A stretch of 63,102 bases of DNA, filler included, from Collodictyon triciliatum (Eukaryota): assembly GCA_043381765.1 (NCBI GenBank). It is 11 parts of 11 records of this genome, joined end to end, with 100 filler letters (N's around TTAATTAATTAA, not from the genome) between each part and the next. Parts side by side here need not be neighbours in the genome. Positions count along the whole stretch, not along the records: positions 1 to 5,749 come from JBHJMP010004979.1; positions 5,850 to 11,599 come from JBHJMP010004980.1; positions 11,700 to 17,446 come from JBHJMP010004981.1; 8 more parts are not named here. The stretch is one strand, 5' to 3'. The first letter of the stretch is position 1; each line of letters starts with the position of its first letter. The notes under the pieces were generated by a model. It made no database searches and was not told the origin of the DNA. It saw only the letters and a list, made by a program, of their open reading frames with translations. This document shows positions 1 to 13,266 of the stretch, piece after piece. Both the position numbers and the translations under genes were made by a program.

Positions 1-238
1 TCTTGTCTTCTCTTGTCTTCTCTTGTCTTCTCTTGTCTTCTCTTGTCTTCTCTTGTCTTCTCTTGTCTTCTCTTGTCTTCTCTTGTCTTCTCTTGTCTTG
101 TCTTGTCTTGTCTTGTCTTGTCTTGTCTTGTCTTGTCTTGTCTTGTCTTGTCTTCTCTTCTCTTCTCTTCTCTTCTCTTCTCTTCTCTTCTCTTCTCTTC
201 TCTTCTCTTCTCTTCTCTTCTCTTCTCTTCTTCTCTCT
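1..238. repeat. (TCTTG/TCTTC)n simple repeat at the scaffold edge
   Basis: Pentamer/decamer microsatellite read directly; it generates the spurious SSLVFSCLL ORFs. Confidence 0.95.
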
Positions 239-1657
239 CATCCACCGCATCTTCATATTTTGATATTTAATTCTAATGAAAGTCTGCATGAGAAAAACAA
301 GACCATTTAAGGGAAAAAAAGGAAAAAGGGAAAAAGCATTAAAATAAAAAATTAATACTTCAAAACATAAAAGATATTTAAAAAGAAAATGGTTTCGAAT
401 AAAATTTCTCATAAATAAAACAATGTGAAAATTACATTAATAATCAAAGTATAACTCTATAGATTATAGATAATCTGATTGAAAATATTCAGTTTATATT
501 TATTTAATCATAATTATAAACTTTTTGAGCTTATTCACTTATTAAAAGTGCTATTTAAAATTTTAAAAGCAAAAATTTTTTTACAACACAATAAGAATAT
601 GTATGATGAAATATTAATCAATCATATGAAAATTTTTCTTTAAAAACAATATTATTCACAACATAGGATTACGAAAAAGTGTTTAATTTGGAGATATATG
701 TTTAACGTCAAAAGCCACATATTGATTATTATGTAGATACTCCCTCATTTTATAAAAAGTCATTGAATGTTATGTCAAAATTTGATCATTTAAGTAATTA
801 TCTTCGGTAAACTTTTGATATTTTATAATGCTTATATCTAATTAAAAAGAAAAAATATTCAACCATACTACGATTAAAAATAAAATTTAAGACTTTTACA
901 ATAACAAAAAATAATGGGAAACCTTTAGATTATTCGAAAAACTTGATTTTGGAATTAAGATGTTATATTTTGTTTTGTAATTTTAAATTTTTGGTTTAAA
1001 TTACAGAGAAAATTTCATTTCTACGGATGAATAAGAACATCTGTATCATATCCCATTTGAGGAAATGATACATTCTGGAAGATTTGCATTTTGATTCGCA
1101 TTTAATTTTATAATCTGTTGGGTTTAAAGGTCACTCTTTTTTGTATTTGTGTATACAAATCATTATAAAATTCCCACAGTTTTTAAAATAATTTTTCAAA
1201 AATTTTTATTAAAGCAATATGTCATTTGTATTACTAAGTATATTTTTATTAATTTTTATAATTCTAACATGAAAATTCGATTTATAAACAATATTTTATT
1301 AATTGGGAATTTCCTCACTTTCAAATATTTTTTCTCTTAATGGAGCAATTTTCGATGAGAATTAAATTTATAAATATAAGAAGTATTGTCGATGCTACAA
1401 CATTTGATGAACATGATATTTTATTTAATGAATTATTAAGGGTTTATATTTTTTTGAATTTTAATTGAAAGCAATTTAATTTTGGATTTAGAGTAAATGC
1501 ATGAAAACCTACTCCCGGATATGATAAAATTATATAATTCATCTTTACAAAATAATAGAATGCAATTATATCAAACGATTCGCTACATACTCTATATCAA
1601 TATTTGATGAAAATTCCATATTTCGGTTCATTTAAAATAATTTTTATATTATAGAGA

Positions 1658-4600
1658 ATGAGATTTCTACCAAAATCTTCTTTGACCGTTTGCGTTCTGG
1701 GTAAAAAATTATGTAATGTTGAAAATTTTACTTTCTTTGTAACTATAATAATAATATTTAGGATTGATGATATATTTTCAAATATATGTCGCCGCGGGGA
1801 GCAATAATTCACTGATAAATACTCTAATTGGTCACACTGACTTTGTTTGGAGTGTAGCTATTTCTCCCGATGGTTCAAAAATCGTCTCTGGAAGTCAAGA
1901 TTATACAATTAAAGTATGGAATCTTGATGATGGATATTTGATTCGTACACTGAGGGGTCATAATTCAGCTGTTCGTGCTGTTGTATTCACCCCTGATGGT
2001 TCCAAATTTATTTCTGGTGCTGTTGATATCAAAATTTGGAATCTTTCTGATGGAACTTTGATTAAATCATGGATAGCCCATACTGGGGGTCTAAGCAGTA
2101 TTGCTGTTACTCCAGATGGTACCAAAATTGTTTCTGGAAGTAGTGATAAAAGTATCAAAATCTGGAATGCTTCTGATGGAAGTAATATACGTACGATTTC
2201 TAATGGTTGCTGTCTAGTTACAACTGTGGCTATTACTCCTGACGGTTCAAATATTATTTCAGGAGGAACCGAACCTCCTATAAAAGTTTGGAATCTTTTG
2301 GATGGAAAGTTATTTCGAACCTGGAACAGTGATTCTAGCAGTACTTCCTGTGTTGTTGTTACTCCTGATGGTTCCAAAGTTATTTCTGGGAGTGGTTTCA
2401 TCAAAATATGGAATATTTCTGATGGAACATTGATTAGAACCCTGACGGCAGGTGCTCGGGGCATCGCTGTTACCCTAGATGGTTCCAAAATTATCTCTGG
2501 AGGTAGCAGTGACACCGTTAATATTTGGAACCTTTCGGATGGAGCTTTGGTTCTGACACTAAATAGTCATACGGATGATATTCAAAGTGTTGCTGCTACT
2601 CCTGATGGTTTAAAATTCGTTTCTGGGAGTAGAGACAAAACAATCAAAATTTGGGGAAACTGGGAAATTTGTGATGCAGGATTCTTTTATAACACTACAT
2701 CGGGGTCATGTAATATCTGCCCACCCGGAAGCTATGCCATTTTTGGAAGTTTATCTTGTTCCCTATGTCCTACCGGGACACATAATCCATCAGCCGGCCA
2801 ATCATCATGTATTCCATGCAATGCTGGAACTTTCAGTCAATCACCTGGCCAAGCATTTTGCACCTCATGTAATCCTGGTACCTATAATCCGTATGCTGGA
2901 TCCAACAGTGCAGATGCTTGCATTCTTTGCGCTGTTGGAACTTACAATTCAAGGAAAGAACAATCAGCTTGTTTATTCTGCGAAGAAGGAACATACAACA
3001 ATAAAACAGGCCAAACATCATGCAAAAATTGTGAACCAGGAACTTACACAAATTTGAGAGGACTGACATCGTGCTTTGATTGTCCGACTGGTTTTTACAA
3101 TAAAGAATCAGGGAAAAAATTTTGCACACCATGCAGTCCAGGAACATATTCAAACTCTACTAAAGCAATTTCTTGTGATAAGTGCCAAACTGGTACTTTC
3201 AATCCAGATGTAGCATCAGCAAATATAAGCTCTTGTAAACCTTGTCCACCAGGGAAATTTTCATTAAAATCAGGTGAATCAACGTGTGAACTTTGTTCAT
3301 CTGGTACTTACAATCCATACTTAAGTCAAACTGGCTGCATAAATTGTACGGACGGAACTTACAACCCACGATTTGGCTCCAGTTCAAATACATCATGTAT
3401 TCAATGCCCAAAAGGAACGTATGGTAATGAAAAAAAATATGAATGTATAGCATGCCCAGCTGGTACGTATAACAATCAAACTGGCTCATTCGATGATTTA
3501 TCATGTACCCCATGTCCGAATGGAAGCTACAGCTCAGAGAGAAGCTCTTCATGCAGCTCATGTTTATCAGGATTCTATCAAGAAGGGGGAATTATAAAAG
3601 ACTCTAAATCGTGCTATGCTTGTCCAAAAGGCACATACAACTCAAAATCCGGCTCATATGGAAACAAATCATGTATTGAATGCCCACAAGGTACTTGGAA
3701 TGATAGACATGGTCAAGAATCATGCACATTTTGTCCAGCCGGTACATTTAACAATCAAACTTTCTCATTTGATCAATCATCATGTATCCCATGTCCAAAC
3801 GGAAGTTATAGCTCAGAGAGAAGCTCTTCATGCAGCTCATGCTTATCAGGATTCTACCAAAAAGAGGATATCAAAAAGAACTCAACATCATGTTATGCTT
3901 GTCCAAAAGGCACATACAACTCGAACTCCGGCTCATACGGATACACTTCATGCATCGAATGCCCACAAGGTACTTGGAATGATAAGGATGGTCAAGCGTC
4001 ATGCACATCATGTTCATCTGGAACATACAACAATCAAACTGGCTCATTTGATCAATCATCATGCATATCATGTCCGAATGGAAGCTACAGCTCAGAAAGA
4101 AGCTCTTCATGCAGCTTATGCTTATCAGGATTATACCAAAAAGAGAATGCCAAAAAGAACTCAACATCGTGCTATGCATGTCCAAAAGGCTCATTCAACT
4201 CGAACTCCGGCTCATACGGATACATATCATGTATTGAATGTCCACAAGGTACTTGGAATGATAGAGATGGTCAAGCATCATGCACATCGTGTCCAGCTGG
4301 TACATTCAACAATCAAACTGGTTCATTCAATGTATCATCATGCATTCCATGTCCAAATGGAAGTTACAGCTCAGCTGGAAGTGCATCATGCAGCTCATGC
4401 TTATCAGGATTCTATCAAAAAGATGGTGTCAAAAAGAACTCAACATCGTGCTACGCTTGTCCGAAAGGCACATTCAACTCAAAATCCGGCTCATATGGTG
4501 AATTATCGTGTATTAAGTGTCCACAAGGCACTTGGAATGATGAAAAAGGCCAGGAATCATGCACATCATGTTCAGTTGGTACATATAACAATCAAACTGG

Positions 4601-5749
4601 CTCATTTGATCAATCATCATGCATATCATGTCCGAATGGAAGCTATAGTTCAGAAAGAAGCTCTTCATGCAACTTATGCTTATCAGGATTCTATCAAAAA
4701 GAAGGTATCATAAAAGACTCACAATCATGCTATGCTTGTCCAAAAGGCACATTTAACTCACAATCCGGCTCATATGGTGTCTCATCATGCATTGAATGTC
4801 CACAAGGTACTTGGAATGATAAGGATGGTCAAGCGTCATGCACATCGTGTCCAACTGGCACATTCAACAACAAAACTGGCTCATATAATCAATCTCAATG
4901 CATTTCATGTTCAAATGGAAGTTACAGCTCAGAAAGAAGCTCTTCATGCAGTATGTGCTCATCTGGATTCTATCAAAAAGAGGGTATCATAAAAGACTCA
5001 AACTCATGCTCTCCTTGTCCGAAAGGCACATTCAATTCAAAATCCGGAACATATGGTGAATCATCGTGCATTGAATGTCCACAAGGTACTTGGAATGATA
5101 GAGATAGTCAAGCGTCATGTAAATCATGTTCATTTGGAACACACAACAATCAAACTGGCTCATTTGACCAATTAGCATGTATTGAATGTCCAGATGGAAG
5201 CTACAGCTCAGAAAGAAGCGCATCATGCAGTCTGTGCTTATCAGGATTCTATCAAAAAGAAGGAATAATAAAAGACCCACTTTCATGCTCTCCTTGTTCA
5301 AGAGGCACATTCAATTCAAAATCCGGAACATATGGTGAATCATCGTGCATTGAATGTCCACAAGGTACTTGGAATGATAAGGATGGTCAAGCGTCATGCA
5401 CATCGTGTCCAGCTGGTACGTTCAACAATAAAACTGGCTCATTTGATCAATCATCATGCATATCATGTCCGAATGGAAGCTACAGCTCAGAAAGAAGCTC
5501 TTCATGCACTTCATGCTTATCAGGATTCTACCAAAAAGAGGATATCAAAAAGAACTCAACATCGTGCTATACTTGTCCGAAAGGCACATTCAATTCAAAA
5601 TCCGGCTCATATGGTGAATCTTCATGTGAAGAATGTCCACAAGGTACTTGGAATGATAGAGATGGTCAAGCATCATGCACATCGTGTCCAGCTGGTACAT
5701 TCAACAATCAAACTGGTTCATTCAATGTATCATCATGCATTCCATGTCC
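1658..5749 (+). CDS. Secreted or surface protein: signal peptide, 7 WD40 repeats, long Cys-rich (GCC2/GCC3, ephrin-receptor-like) stalk; 3' truncated
   Basis: ATG at 1658, exon 1658-1700 and a 61-nt GT-AG intron 1701-1761 join in frame to the 1345-aa ORF, giving MRFLPKSSLTVCVLGLMIYFQIYVAAG. GH...SGSxDxTIKxW repeats follow, then CPxGTY/CxxC repeats to the scaffold end. Confidence 0.85.
3453..5749 (+). repeat. 279-bp (93-aa) higher-order coding tandem repeat, about 8 copies
   Basis: Unit of five Cys modules (20+16+20+20+17 aa); equivalent DNA positions 3511 and 3790 are 279 bp apart. Confidence 0.9.
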
Positions 5750-5849
5750 NNNNNNNNNNNNNNNNNNNNNNNNNNNNNNNNNNNNNNNNNNNNTTAATTA
5801 ATTAANNNNNNNNNNNNNNNNNNNNNNNNNNNNNNNNNNNNNNNNNNNN
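5750..5849. other. Artificial scaffold linker (44N-TTAATTAATTAA-44N). Identical linkers start at 11600, 17447, 23287, 29129, 34972, 40813, 46654, 52491 and 58351
   Basis: Same 100-nt structure each time, with a 12-mer that gives stops in all six frames. Confidence 0.97.
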
Positions 5850-6026
5850 AAAAACAAAAAAACAAAAAAACAAAAAAACAAAAAAACAAAAAACAAAAAA
5901 ACAAAAAAACAAAAAAACAAAAAAAACAAAAAAAACAAAAAAGAAAACCGTGCATAATCACATAAGGGAGATATGCTCACACTCCCAACACAGTAGAGGC
6001 ACCACCCACACCAAACACCCAGCAGC

Positions 6027-6680
6027 ATGAGCACACGCGAGCATGGACAAGCACCAACCACAGAAAGCGAAGGCCGCCCCACCCTGCGCATCTACAAAGC
6101 AGACGGAACTCAAAACATTGCTCTCGGAGTACGACGGCCTTCGCCCAGCGCCGAGCGCCTTGTCATCGACACAAACCCGTACACCTGCTGCTGCTGGAGC
6201 ACGCCCGAGGTCTTTGCAGACGAGGCCATTGCGCGGATTCCGGAGGCCGTCGCCAAAGCAGGTGTCGAAGCCTCGGCCTGGCAGCGCCACATGCAGCTTA
6301 TCCGCGAAGCCATGCAAACACACACGGTCTCGGTCATGAGCCAAGTCTGGTTCTACGGCTCCGTCCTGTTCATGTGCTACCCTTTGGCCAAGGCCCGCAA
6401 GGCCAACGAGGCTGTGCGCCACACAGTTGCAGAGTTCAACCGCGATGTTTTGGAGCCGTGCGGACTCTTCGCAAAGACGCAGAAGGGCGTGACTGGCGGG
6501 GGAAAGAATCGGCAGGAAATCACGTGGCTCTCGGTTGCGTTGACTCCGGCTGAGGCGCGTGTCTTGCGGGACGAGCCGCATATCTACTACTACAATTTTT
6601 TCAAGACCGAGTTGCATCCTTTGACAGAGGGTAGTTGCTGTGAAATGACTGAGTTGTGCGGCACGCCGATTGTCATATGA
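6027..6680 (+). CDS. Intronless 217-aa Cys-containing protein, possibly Erf4/GOLGA7/CHIC-like
   Basis: Clean ATG-TGA ORF with GC-rich codon use. Pattern IPEAVAKAGVEASAW, then a hydrophobic Cys segment, then VAEFNRDVLEPCGL resembles the Erf4 domain from memory. Confidence 0.6.
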   Translation: MSTREHGQAPTTESEGRPTLRIYKADGTQNIALGVRRPSPSAERLVIDTNPYTCCCWSTPEVFADEAIARIPEAVAKAGVEASAWQRHMQLIREAMQTHTVSVMSQVWFYGSVLFMCYPLAKARKANEAVRHTVAEFNRDVLEPCGLFAKTQKGVTGGGKNRQEITWLSVALTPAEARVLRDEPHIYYYNFFKTELHPLTEGSCCEMTELCGTPIVI

Positions 6681-6707
6681 TGTTAGTGATTAAAGAATCA
6701 TGTTGGA

Positions 6708-6808
6708 TGAGATGATGTGATGTGATGTGATGTGATATGATATGATATGATATGATATGATATGATATGATATGATATGATATGATATGATATGATATGA
6801 TATGATAT
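6708..6808. repeat. (GATAT/GATGT)n microsatellite
   Basis: Read directly. Confidence 0.9.
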
Positions 6809-6997
6809 GGTATATATTGTTTGCGCACAGGCGTAGTATAGTTGCTCTTGGGTGTTAACATTTTTTTTTCCATTTTCGACTATTTTTTTCTAGTCTATTT
6901 GCGTGGCATTTGGAGTTGTTTGGATATGATTGACTAAGTGCGGGCTGATGCCTTTGAACAGCAGCTGTCAAAAGCGTGCCGGGGTTTGTCCAGAGGG

Positions 6998-8446
6998 ATG
7001 GCGAGTGTGCGGCAGATGCTGATATCGGGACTCGCTACCGTGTTGGTCTTCCTGCTTGCGTCCAACTTGTACCTTACCGGGGTGATCGAAGGCCTGAATA
7101 GAACGGACTCGCCACTGCTGAGGGAATGGGGCAGAGTCCCACGAGAAGGACACAAAGTAACCACAGCCTCGAAGGCGGCAAGTTTGGTTTGTTCAGTCCC
7201 CACTTTGAAGCTCAGATGAGCGCTTTCTTTTTCTCTCCTCAGTGTTTTTCCACCTTGTTTTTTCTCTCCATCGCTGCCTGCATACATAATGTTGCTCGCG
7301 AATACCTAAGTTGTGCCTTTCAAGTCAACCATAACGCTGTGTAGTTTGTGCACGACAAGTGGCGCGGGCTCTCTGCTCTGGGTTTGTGTCTGATAACTGG
7401 CCATTTCCTCAAATCATGAAACCCCACTTTTTTTCTCTTCTTATTTTGTCCATATAGAACAAATATGTGTCATTTTGTTAGAGTAAAATATATATAATGC
7501 TCAATTTGCTTCAAAGTTTCTCCGATGAATAATTTTTACTTTTGATTATAATTTTTCAGATAAGAGCTTGATGCAGATGGCAAATTATTTTGAATGCGAC
7601 GGAGTTAACCAACCAATACGCTTGTTCAATGACGACTACTGCGACTGTAAAGATGGAAAAGACGAACCAGGTTATTGTAAAACTATATCTACATAATTAT
7701 TCTGATTTTTTTTAATTGTCTCGATTATTTTTATACATTTAGTTGGTTACTATCAGAGGCTTAGCCATTTTTCGTTTCATTCAAGCTCAGTTGAAAAGAT
7801 TACAATTTTTTTCTGTCTATTGGTTTCAAAGAAGAATATAAATCAAATATATCACTATAAATAAAGCTATGAGCGCACATTATAAGAACATTTATTGGAA
7901 TCATATTTTTGTACTTCTTAAATTCCTTTTCTATTGATTTTTCTTCACGTTCATTATTTTAAAAGGGACATCAGCATGTCCAAACGGTATGTTTGTTTGC
8001 GAGGATGGAAAATATTCCGTACACACATCGTTCGTTAACGATGGAATATGCGGTAATTATGTTTTGATGAAATTAATATAGTCTCGAATGATAAAAAATG
8101 ATAACCAATGACAGCCAATCATAACCAATAAAACAATTATATGAATTAATCGATTATAATTATTTGCTCTGTGTTTATCTAATTAGACGAAAATTGTATC
8201 GCATATTTAATAAAAAAGCTATAGTATCCTGACAACAGATTTCTATGCATTTTGCCTTCTCAATATTGTTGCATTTTCATAAATAATTAAAGAACATCGT
8301 CGAGCTATTTATTAAACATATTTTTTCTTTAGCTCTTTCTTCGCCACATTTACACATATCATTTTCCACCAGATTGCTGTGATGGCTCAGATGAAATGCC
8401 CGAGACTCGCAGCAAACCGAACTTGTTGCCATTTTGTAAAAAGTAG
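6998..8446 (+). CDS. Short glucosidase II beta subunit (PRKCSH) N-terminal-domain protein, about 4 exons
   Basis: Spliced exons give [26 protein letters not shown]...SFVNDGICDCCDGSDE, with a hydrophobic N-terminus and TAG at 8444-8446. The first donor site is uncertain. Confidence 0.75.
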
Positions 8447-10290
8447 AAGCTCCTGCCGCGGTGATTTCACTGATTAAAAATTTTCCCACAAGGATTACGC
8501 TTTTTTTTTAAAAGTATGACACACATAACAAACGATGTAACAATTAGATGACCAATAGATGGAAAATATGTGACAAACGATGTAAAAAAATAGATAACAA
8601 AAAGAAAATCAACATAACTCTCGCGGGATGTCTCTGAATCCCGCCCCCCGCACGGATCAAGGCGGATTTGCGTGGCTCCAAGAACGCCTGAGCTGACCTG
8701 ATTCCGCCCTTTTTTTTGGCTTGTCATCCTCCTGGAAAAGCATTAGTATCTGCTTATGGACACATCACTTAGTACCATATATGAAACATCGTCCTTTTTG
8801 GAGCACTTTACACATAAGCGGAATTACAAAAGCGGCGTTGTCATCCAAAAAGGGAAGTACTTTTGCGAAACTTTCGCTCGTAATGGAAGCAGACCACAGC
8901 ATGTCTACGTGTGATGACGACATGAAAGATGGTGATGCTCCATTTGGAGAATACAGACACGTGCTATGTCCAATTCAGGAAGAACCGTCCAGAAAAGACA
9001 GTTAACACACGACACACCACAATTGGAGTTTGGAAATGCATGAGAAACGCCAGTTCCATACAAGCGTTGGTTTCAATTTTTCTTCCTTAACTCGTCACCT
9101 CTTCCGACTTTGTCTCTGCGAAAGTGCAAGAGGGTTTGAAGTTGCGGGCATACTTGCGCTTGTGGGGGCGGATGGCATCAGAACAGAATCGAACAAAACA
9201 AAACAAAACAAAAAAAAAAAAAAACAAGGGTGCTGTGCTGCATCTGTGTTGTGAGCTTTTGAGCAAATATAATTAAATGCTTCCACAACCCAAATCGACT
9301 TGAGTCAGCAAATCATTAGTTGTGAGGTTGGACGCAATCAAACATACGACTCAGAGCTCGTTGATAGCAGCATTTCGATTACGCAGTGAAACCTATCAAA
9401 AAAAAAGAAAGGAAAAGTAATTGAAAAGACAGAAGAGAGGAACAAGATAGGAACACAGAACAATCTTTTCTATTCCTTTCCAACAAGATATGATTAATCG
9501 TTTCCACAGAAGCCTTGTAATCAAAGGCTGATACAACAAAGCGAAGTCTTGAGTAACTTACACCATCACTGTACGTTGTGGTTGGACTTACTGAGCGTGG
9601 CTTTGAGATCGACATTAAACAACTTTGATTTTCATTCATTTGCATAATAAATACCCACATTCGTTCTAATCAACTGAAGACATTTGCCCTGGTCACATAT
9701 TTTGTTTTACACTGAACATCCCACCTCAATTATAAGTACTTTGTTCTTTGAAGTAGGATACTATGACTATATGAGCACATGTTGATTTTGAGCTTTTTTT
9801 CTTCCTCTTTCTCTTGTTATTTTAGCCGACACTATCACCCGCACACAAAGTCTCTTTATTTTCAAAAAGGACCAGAACCCTTCTCTCCTTAAACAAAACA
9901 AGAGAATTGCCGCTTTCTCCTCTACAATATATATTTACACCCCTTAGTTCTCGCCAACGGAACGAATCGCATGTGCTCCTTGAAAGACTCGCATCGATTA
10001 AACCATAGGCGATGATCGAAGAGGATTCCTATTGGGCTCACACACCTTTTATTCTTAAAAAACATATATAAGCCAGGGCGATGCTAGATTATTACTTCGT
10101 GATTTCCTCTATGATTCTGACACCCAAAGTTGAGAAGCTGGCTCACCATTTATGCCCATCCTTCTGGTCTCTCACTCGAATCGATCCCAGTCATCTCCTA
10201 GTGCAATCAACTACCTGTTTTTATTCTCTAATGCGTATCCTTTTAAATGTTTCTTTTTGAAGACTTTTATTTATTTATTTATTTATATAT

Positions 10291-10325
<35 letters not shown>

Positions 10326-12069
10326 TTTCTTCTGATAAGAGTGCTGTCTCTTTTTCTGTTTCATCTCTACGCTCATACAATCGCTGTTGTGGCGATGCAA
10401 ACAATAAAGTTGGCTGGATGGAAACTACAAATATACATGTCAGTATCTTAGTGGTTCAATCGATTTTCTCTCCCATGGCTCTTTCTTTCGAGAGAACATC
10501 TGCATAACTTTTTCCAAAGACAAAGTATTACCAACAAAAACTTTTAAAAAAAATTTCTGTTGCTTCGTGGCCCTCTTTTTTCCTTTTAACTAAATCGCTT
10601 TCGTTTCCAGAGACTGAACCCATTATCTATCAATTACAATCTATGCAGAAGTGCCGCGCGTTGAAAAGAAGTGTATAGAGAGCGTCACTCTTTACAGTCG
10701 AATCTTCCACCCGAGAAACGAGCTACGCAGGTTAATATGTTATCCCTGCAATCCTCTTATTATTCTCGATCTTGTGCTCATAATGTTTCATTTATTTGAG
10801 GCGTTATTTCCTTATAACATTACTGTCTTTTGGATTTGTTAATGCCGTTCTCTCAATAACTCTGGAAGACTTTTCGACGTTTTGGTCCTTATGAAAAAGA
10901 AAAAAAAGGATATCATGAAATATTCATTTTCGCGTATTTTTTTTTATATTGCATATACATGAACCCAAAAGAACCAACCCATTAGCACAGTTCTTTTTGA
11001 ACCAGATTTTTTTTTTTCAATTGCGCCCCAAAAACTCTACAATTCATTTTTCTCAAACGAAACGAAAAAAAAAACAAAACAAAAAAAACAAAAAAAACTA
11101 CAGCTCTGCTCCCTGTCAGGCATATAACATGATCAATTAACTTTTTTTTCTTTGTTGAAAATAATCTTTTGATTATCAAAAAATTCATACCAATATCAAA
11201 TGATACGCCCAGACTCGACGCCTGTTTCTATAAAATAAGCAAAGCGATGTTTAGCCTGTCAGAGAGTTGTTTTCAGTGGTTGATGTACTTTTTTTTTCTC
11301 AATTGCGAATATTTGCCCTTGTATTAACATTCCAATATGATTTAACTTCCCAAATTCCTCGCGTAATGACGAAATAAAATATGAACATATTCTATCATGA
11401 AATGCAGTATTTGACACCCTCTTCATCAATTCATAGATAACCTCAATATTTCTCTTTCAATAAGTATATTGAGTAAAGAGCTCGCCAAAACACATAGACA
11501 CATGAAAATGCTAAACTAATCGAGCAAACCCCACTAACCATCCACCCAGACTAAAAATCGCTGATGCAACTAAATCTATGAGCGACCACCCACAAGAACN
11601 NNNNNNNNNNNNNNNNNNNNNNNNNNNNNNNNNNNNNNNNNNNTTAATTAATTAANNNNNNNNNNNNNNNNNNNNNNNNNNNNNNNNNNNNNNNNNNNNT
11701 TCTCTCTTCTTTCTTCTCTCTTCTTTCTTCTCTCTTCTTTCTTCTCTCTTCTTTCTTCTCTCTTCTTTCTTCTCTCTTCTTTCTTCTCTCTTCTTTCTTC
11801 TTTCTTCTCTCTTCTTTCTTCTCTCTTTTTCTCTCTTTTTCTCTCTTTTTCTCTCTTTAGTCATGTACTCCTATGTAGCTATTTACGCAATTACTCTATG
11901 TGTGCTGAGTTTGGTGTGTTTTAACACGGCAGTAAGACGCTATTGGGGCTTTTATTTTTGCTTTGCTCTTTGATATGACAAACGATTTTTAACACATGTA
12001 CCACCCCATGTTTCCTTAGTGTACTTGTTTATTCTGCTAACATTATTTTCTTGTTCGCCTTACTCACAG

Positions 12070-12270
12070 GCGAAGCGCGTTCTCGAAGAGTTCCAAAAGC
12101 TGGAGCGAAACAAAGAATATCGCGATTTGGTCTCTCAAGTCTCCATGGTTGTGCGGCTTTGTTCAGACCCGATGGTCTCACTGAAAAACGTCGAGCGCCT
12201 CATCGCTACCTGCGCGCCCATCATCCCAGAGATACGTTTCTTTAGCCTCCCTTGCCCGCCAGACCCCTGA
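12070..12270 (+). CDS. Terminal exon of a gene, EPG5-like C-terminus (5' part outside this scaffold)
   Basis: Polypyrimidine, CTAAC and CAG acceptor, then AKRVLEEFQKLERNKEY...DPMVSL...PEIRFF, resembling the EPG5 C-terminus as recalled (SKQY...HPGHCL...PEVHYL). Confidence 0.5.
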   Translation, partial: AKRVLEEFQKLERNKEYRDLVSQVSMVVRLCSDPMVSLKNVERLIATCAPIIPEIRFFSLPCPPDP

Positions 12271-13266
12271 GCCTCACACTTTGTGGCAGCAATGGTCGCG
12301 GCTGCCTGTTTTGCGCTCCGGGTTTGCCAGAACAATCCCCACATGGAGCGGCGCCAATCTCAGCAACTCCTATCATCAAATCCATATCCATTTCTTTGCT
12401 TGAAAACGGCCATAAAAGAAAAGAAAGTATCGTCCAACGTCGGTTGGTCTCACCAGGACGAGAGAACGGGGGTGAGGCTTTGTGCGAGCCGCGTTGATTT
12501 ATAGTCGTTGCAAGAAAAGCAGGCAACCTTGGGTGCTGTAATCTAAAACACTCGTCGAGCAATCTAATCGGGCGAGAGTAAAAGCTCGAGCGTAGGTGGG
12601 GAGCTTTGGGGTGGTGGATGGCATTCTATATTCGGCCGTTCGGAGTGAAACTTGCGTGGGTTGGTGTGCCTTATTTCTATTGTTTTCTTTGTTTTCTTTG
12701 TTTTCTTTGTTTTCTTTGTTTTCTTTGTTTTCTTTTTTGAAATCTGAATGTACACTGTGAGAGTGGGAGAACCGAAGGATGGGTAAGAGAGAGAAAGAAA
12801 GAGAGAAAGGAGAAGGTGGCATGTGTACCGAATCGAAGTAGAGGAGTCCTGAAGAATCCCTGTGATGAAAGAGAAAAGCACATGGTGAATTAATTCGTGA
12901 TGAGCTATACTTTATTTCTTTTAAGGTACGAGTTTAAGACAACGCGGGGTACATAAAGTAATCCCTTAGGGGATGAGTATTTACGGAAGGAAAAAGTTGA
13001 GTATGGGAGAGCAGTCTGAGAATGAGAATATTAAGTTCCCCAGACAGTCGTTCAAGTATTCGGTCGGTATTATAATCATATTTTTTTTCCAGCGCCCTTG
13101 TGTCTGAAGGTATAAAAAAAAAAAATTGTCTATGGTAGCGAGCTAGAGAATGGGAGAAAAAAAATGACAATCGCATCGGAGCAAATACCTCATGTTGCTG
13201 TATTTGCTTGGCTTTATCCTTGGTTTCTTGAAAGAAAGAAAAATAGCGCAGGTGACCTCCCATCAC

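Noticed and set aside
5794-5805. Recurrent palindromic TTAATTAATTAA spaced about every 5.84 kb
   Set aside because: Always embedded in 44+44 N; it is an artificial six-frame stop linker, not a biological repeat or CRISPR-like array.
3616-5805. Long alternate-frame His/Gln-rich ORFs
   Set aside because: By-products of the tandem Cys-repeat coding sequence.
10235-10243. GTATCCTTT as a U12-type donor
   Set aside because: No convincing reading frame or matching branch site and acceptor could be built in 8900-11600; the region is left unannotated.
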